A DNA stretch of 63,794 nt, the filler included, from Reticulomyxa filosa (lineage: Eukaryota > Protista > Foraminifera), in the NCBI GenBank assembly GCA_000512085.1. It is 17 parts of 17 records of this genome, joined end to end, with 100 filler letters (N's around TTAATTAATTAA, not from the genome) between each part and the next. Parts side by side here need not be neighbours in the genome. Positions count along the whole stretch, not along the records: positions 56,511 to 60,687 come from ASPP01020175.1; positions 60,788 to 62,270 come from ASPP01028254.1; positions 62,371 to 63,794 come from ASPP01001420.1; 14 more parts are not named here. One strand, written 5' to 3'. The position numbers and the translations under genes were made by a program. The notes beneath the pieces are model-generated. The model saw only the letters and a list, made by a program, of their open reading frames with translations, was not told the origin of the DNA and did no database searches. Below, piece after piece: positions 60,621-63,794 of the stretch; position 1 is the stretch's first letter, and each line of letters begins with the position of its first letter.

Positions 60621-62859
60621 TTTGTATTTGTTGAAAAGAAGGACAAAAAAAAAAGAGGGAAAAGAGGGGTGAGTAAAAAAAAAAAAANNNNNNNNNNNNN
60701 NNNNNNNNNNNNNNNNNNNNNNNNNNNNNNNTTAATTAATTAANNNNNNNNNNNNNNNNNNNNNNNNNNNNNNNNNNNNNNNNNNNNTTTTGAAGGCTTA
60801 GAATTTGACTAGATACGCAACAAAACAATTTAATGTAAACACGGGCATATCACACATTTTTTTTACAAAAGAAGATTGCAGAAAATTTGTCAGCATCAAG
60901 TTAACCAGCACTGCATTGTTGTTTTGTTTTGACATATCAATTTGAAGAATTATTAAAAATTGATTCAAAAGGATAATGTTGCAAGACATAATGGAATTGA
61001 TGCTTATCCCATCACTTTAGAATGTTTTATTTTTTTATTTCTTGTACAGAATAGATAATTTTTTATAAGAAGTGTATACGTCTGCAAAAACGCTTTGATA
61101 ATTTTGTTTAGGCTCGTGCATAAAGTTTTCTAAGCTCTTTTTTTTTTGCAAGAAAAAACTGACTATATGCGCAACGCAAGAAGCAAAAAAACACTCTTTT
61201 GATAACTGCGTCTCGTCAATTATCATCTGATAAAAGATAAGTTGCTTGCATATTTATACAGTATTATTTATTTATGTTACCTTTAGCAATATTTTGCCAT
61301 TTTTAGATTCTAAATGCAACTTGCTTATCATCAGAAAAAAAGGGTGATGGTATATTTGTGGTTCAAATGTTGTAAGCTCTTCACCAGATCCACATTTTAC
61401 ACTCAAATAAGATCTGTCGAAAATAACTTATTTCCGTCTGGTGATAAATAGAAACTTCTTGAATTTACTTGAAATTTCCTTAATTTTTTCTCAATATTAC
61501 ATCATATAATAGTATTGTTTCATCCTAATAGCATGGATTATCATTTTACCATCTTATAAAAAGTGAGCATAAATGTATATCACATTGTGTGTTTTGCTGG
61601 ATAATAAGCAATTTCACCAAAATTGATCACTAAATGCAAAAAAAAAGTAAAATGCAATATTTCAAAGAAATTACTTAAGTTTCACATTCAAGTAAAATAT
61701 TTTGTTCTTCATTTGCTAGAGTTTTCATGTAAACAGGAATTTAATGAGAATTTTCCATAGGCAATAAATAGCTCACAAAAAACTCTTTTTGAGAAGATCA
61801 AAAATGTAAACGTTTTAATTATACATTCGTACAAATGTTAGATTGAACATTTTTTCATTCATGTGCGTTCCAATATTATCATTGCTATCATCATTAGAAA
61901 TTTCAAAAAGAAAAGTTGAAACAAGTTATAGATACGTATCTATCGAAGAAAGGGTTTGTGAAATGGCTTTGTACGTTCGACCGACCATTGTTTAAGAGAA
62001 TAAAAAAAATAAAATGCATTGGACAAGACGAAACAAACAAATATCAACAATTGAGTGATGATATTTTGAATGAATCTTTTTGACTGTACAATTGGACTGT
62101 CGTCACCTTTTCGCAAATGAGTAACATATTGTTGACATCATCCCCAACTCACGGATGATGCATCCTTTGTCATTGCCTACCTTACCAAGGTGTTGTTTAT
62201 GCAATGCATGAAATAATTCCAATCTGGGAACCAATACTGAGTCCCAAAGTGTCCTAGAACAGTTCCATTTNNNNNNNNNNNNNNNNNNNNNNNNNNNNNN
62301 NNNNNNNNNNNNNNTTAATTAATTAANNNNNNNNNNNNNNNNNNNNNNNNNNNNNNNNNNNNNNNNNNNNTTTTATTCATTTTTGAAAATTTTCGAGAAA
62401 AAGTTGACAATCGCAACAATGAAACTTACAAACTTTTTTTTAAGAATTTTCAGAAAGTTCTAAATGAGTATATATTTGTAAAAAAAAAGATTAGTCTTCT
62501 TGTTTCATAGTTTTTGAGAAAACTCAATTTTTGCAGAATTTAATGTTATTTTGCAAAGTTTGTACATTGTGAAGATATGACGATTTTTGACTACTGTTTG
62601 CTTTGTCTTTATTTATTATTGATTTTTTTGCTTTTTTTTGTCTAATGCCAATTAAGTCAAGTTAATTCAAAAGCATTATAACTGAAATTTTTTTTGTGGT
62701 AAAATTGTTTTTGATGAAAATTATAATTTAGTATACTTTTTGCATTGTATACTGATTGTATTTTTTTTTGGCATGATTTTGTTAAGTTTGTGAATGTTTA
62801 TTTGTCATTTTTTTCCATTTTAATTTAAATTGTTTATGGAGTTCTTCTTTTGATCCAAA

Positions 62860-63582
62860 TGGTCCATTTTTAAATATTTTCTTTTTCACTATACACCACA
62901 CATTTTCGATTTAGTTCTGGAGAATTTGGAGTGAAATTCAATACTTTGATAGAATTTTGTTCAAACTATTTTTTTGCTGTAATATCTGTGTGGCTGGTAG
63001 CATTATCTTGCTAAAATATACAATGTTCATTATCTTCTAAACCCCAATTAATGCTTTTTGAGCATTTCATCAACTAGAATTTCTTTGTAAATATATACAT
63101 TTACACATAAATTAATGTTACATACATAAAAGGGTCTTAACACTCCAAAGCAAGCCACACGATTATAATTATACACCAATTTTATATTTTTATGATGAAC
63201 GTCAGCTTCGGTTTACGCACACATTCATGACTTACACAAAATTGTTTTGTAACTTTGCGCGATCTCCAGCAATGACGCAACAACTCAACAGCAAGTCTTT
63301 TGTTAAAATTCTCAATCGTTTAGTAATTTTTAAAAAAATAATTTAAAAACAATATTGAATTACATTGAGCTAAAAAAAAAAAAAAAGAAAAAATAAATAA
63401 AGTATAAAATATTAAAATAATTAGTAAAGATGTAATAAAAAACCAAAATGATATTTAAAAAGTACACGATTTGTAGATATTTTTTTAAAAATTAGGTCTA
63501 AATGTTGTTTTTTCATGAAGAAAATCAACCACCTCTATAAGGTGCCGTTTTAGGTGTCAACTTCACTTTGAATTCTACTGTA
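62860..63582 (-). mobile_element. Decayed, internally deleted Tc1 (DD34E) transposon with its terminal sequence
   Basis: Terminus TA|CAGTAGAATTCAAAGTGAAGTTGACACC at 63582-63553; HTH-like SRKVTKQFCVSHECVRK; IF*QDNATSHT...KK*F...VLNFTPNSPELN/ENVW. Spacing is 34 residues if the 4-nt deletion is restored. Confidence 0.85.
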
Positions 63583-63754
63583 CTACACAATTTTTAAAAA
63601 TTGCAAGATCTGGACAAGTAATCCAAAGAACGAAATGCTATTTTGATATAATAAATGATGCAAAATTTTCAAGCGGTCTATTGCTGTCTTATCATCAAAT
63701 AATATAACAATTGAAATATGAAAAAGATTTACTATAATGATAAAATCTCGAATA

Positions 63755-63794
63755 TACAGTAGATTGCAAAAAAAACTGCCATACCTAAATGGCA
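63755..63794 (+). repeat. Further Tc1-like terminal sequence, opposite orientation
   Basis: TA|CAGTAGATTGCAAAAAAAACTGCCATACCTAAATGGCA resembles the termini at 26555 and 63582. Confidence 0.45.

Noticed and set aside
60788-62270. Possible exons on the minus strand of this contig
   Set aside because: No consistent frame or recognisable motif could be assembled.
10553-62370. Regularly recurring TTAATTAATTAA motif between N runs as a biological repeat, and any gene-neighbourhood inference across it
   Set aside because: Identical 44N-12nt-44N six-frame-stop linker added during contig concatenation; adjacent contigs are not physically linked.

Overview
This window is not a contiguous locus. It holds 17 unrelated contigs joined by 16 identical 100-nt linkers (44 N + TTAATTAATTAA + 44 N). 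Most contigs come from an AT-rich, intron-containing eukaryote using the standard code. The expanded Kelch, WD40 and NACHT gene/pseudogene families and the homopolymer-type frameshifts resemble the foraminiferan Reticulomyxa filosa assembly (inference). Recognisable genes: Hrq1/DUF1998 helicase, SUN-domain protein, proteasome alpha-6 (PSMA1), the last repeat of a Nav/Cav-type channel, a GNAT, Trm112, Vps45, homocysteine S-methyltransferase, EFHB-like protein, RhoGDI, NAD kinase, CAMK-group kinase, a PBZ-containing SNF2 ATPase and an ER-type DnaJ. One ~1 kb contig is bacterial (HlyC/CorC transporter plus a lipoprotein start). Mobile DNA includes several decayed Tc1 (DD34E) relics sharing a terminal motif and an apparently intact non-LTR retrotransposon. 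The top finding is in that retrotransposon. ORF1 and ORF2 are in the same frame, separated by a single UGA and a 43-codon stop-free spacer, and the UGA sits in the 5' arm of an 11-bp hairpin. This is a candidate stop-codon readthrough or recoding signal that would give an ~1,880-aa ORF1-ORF2 fusion.
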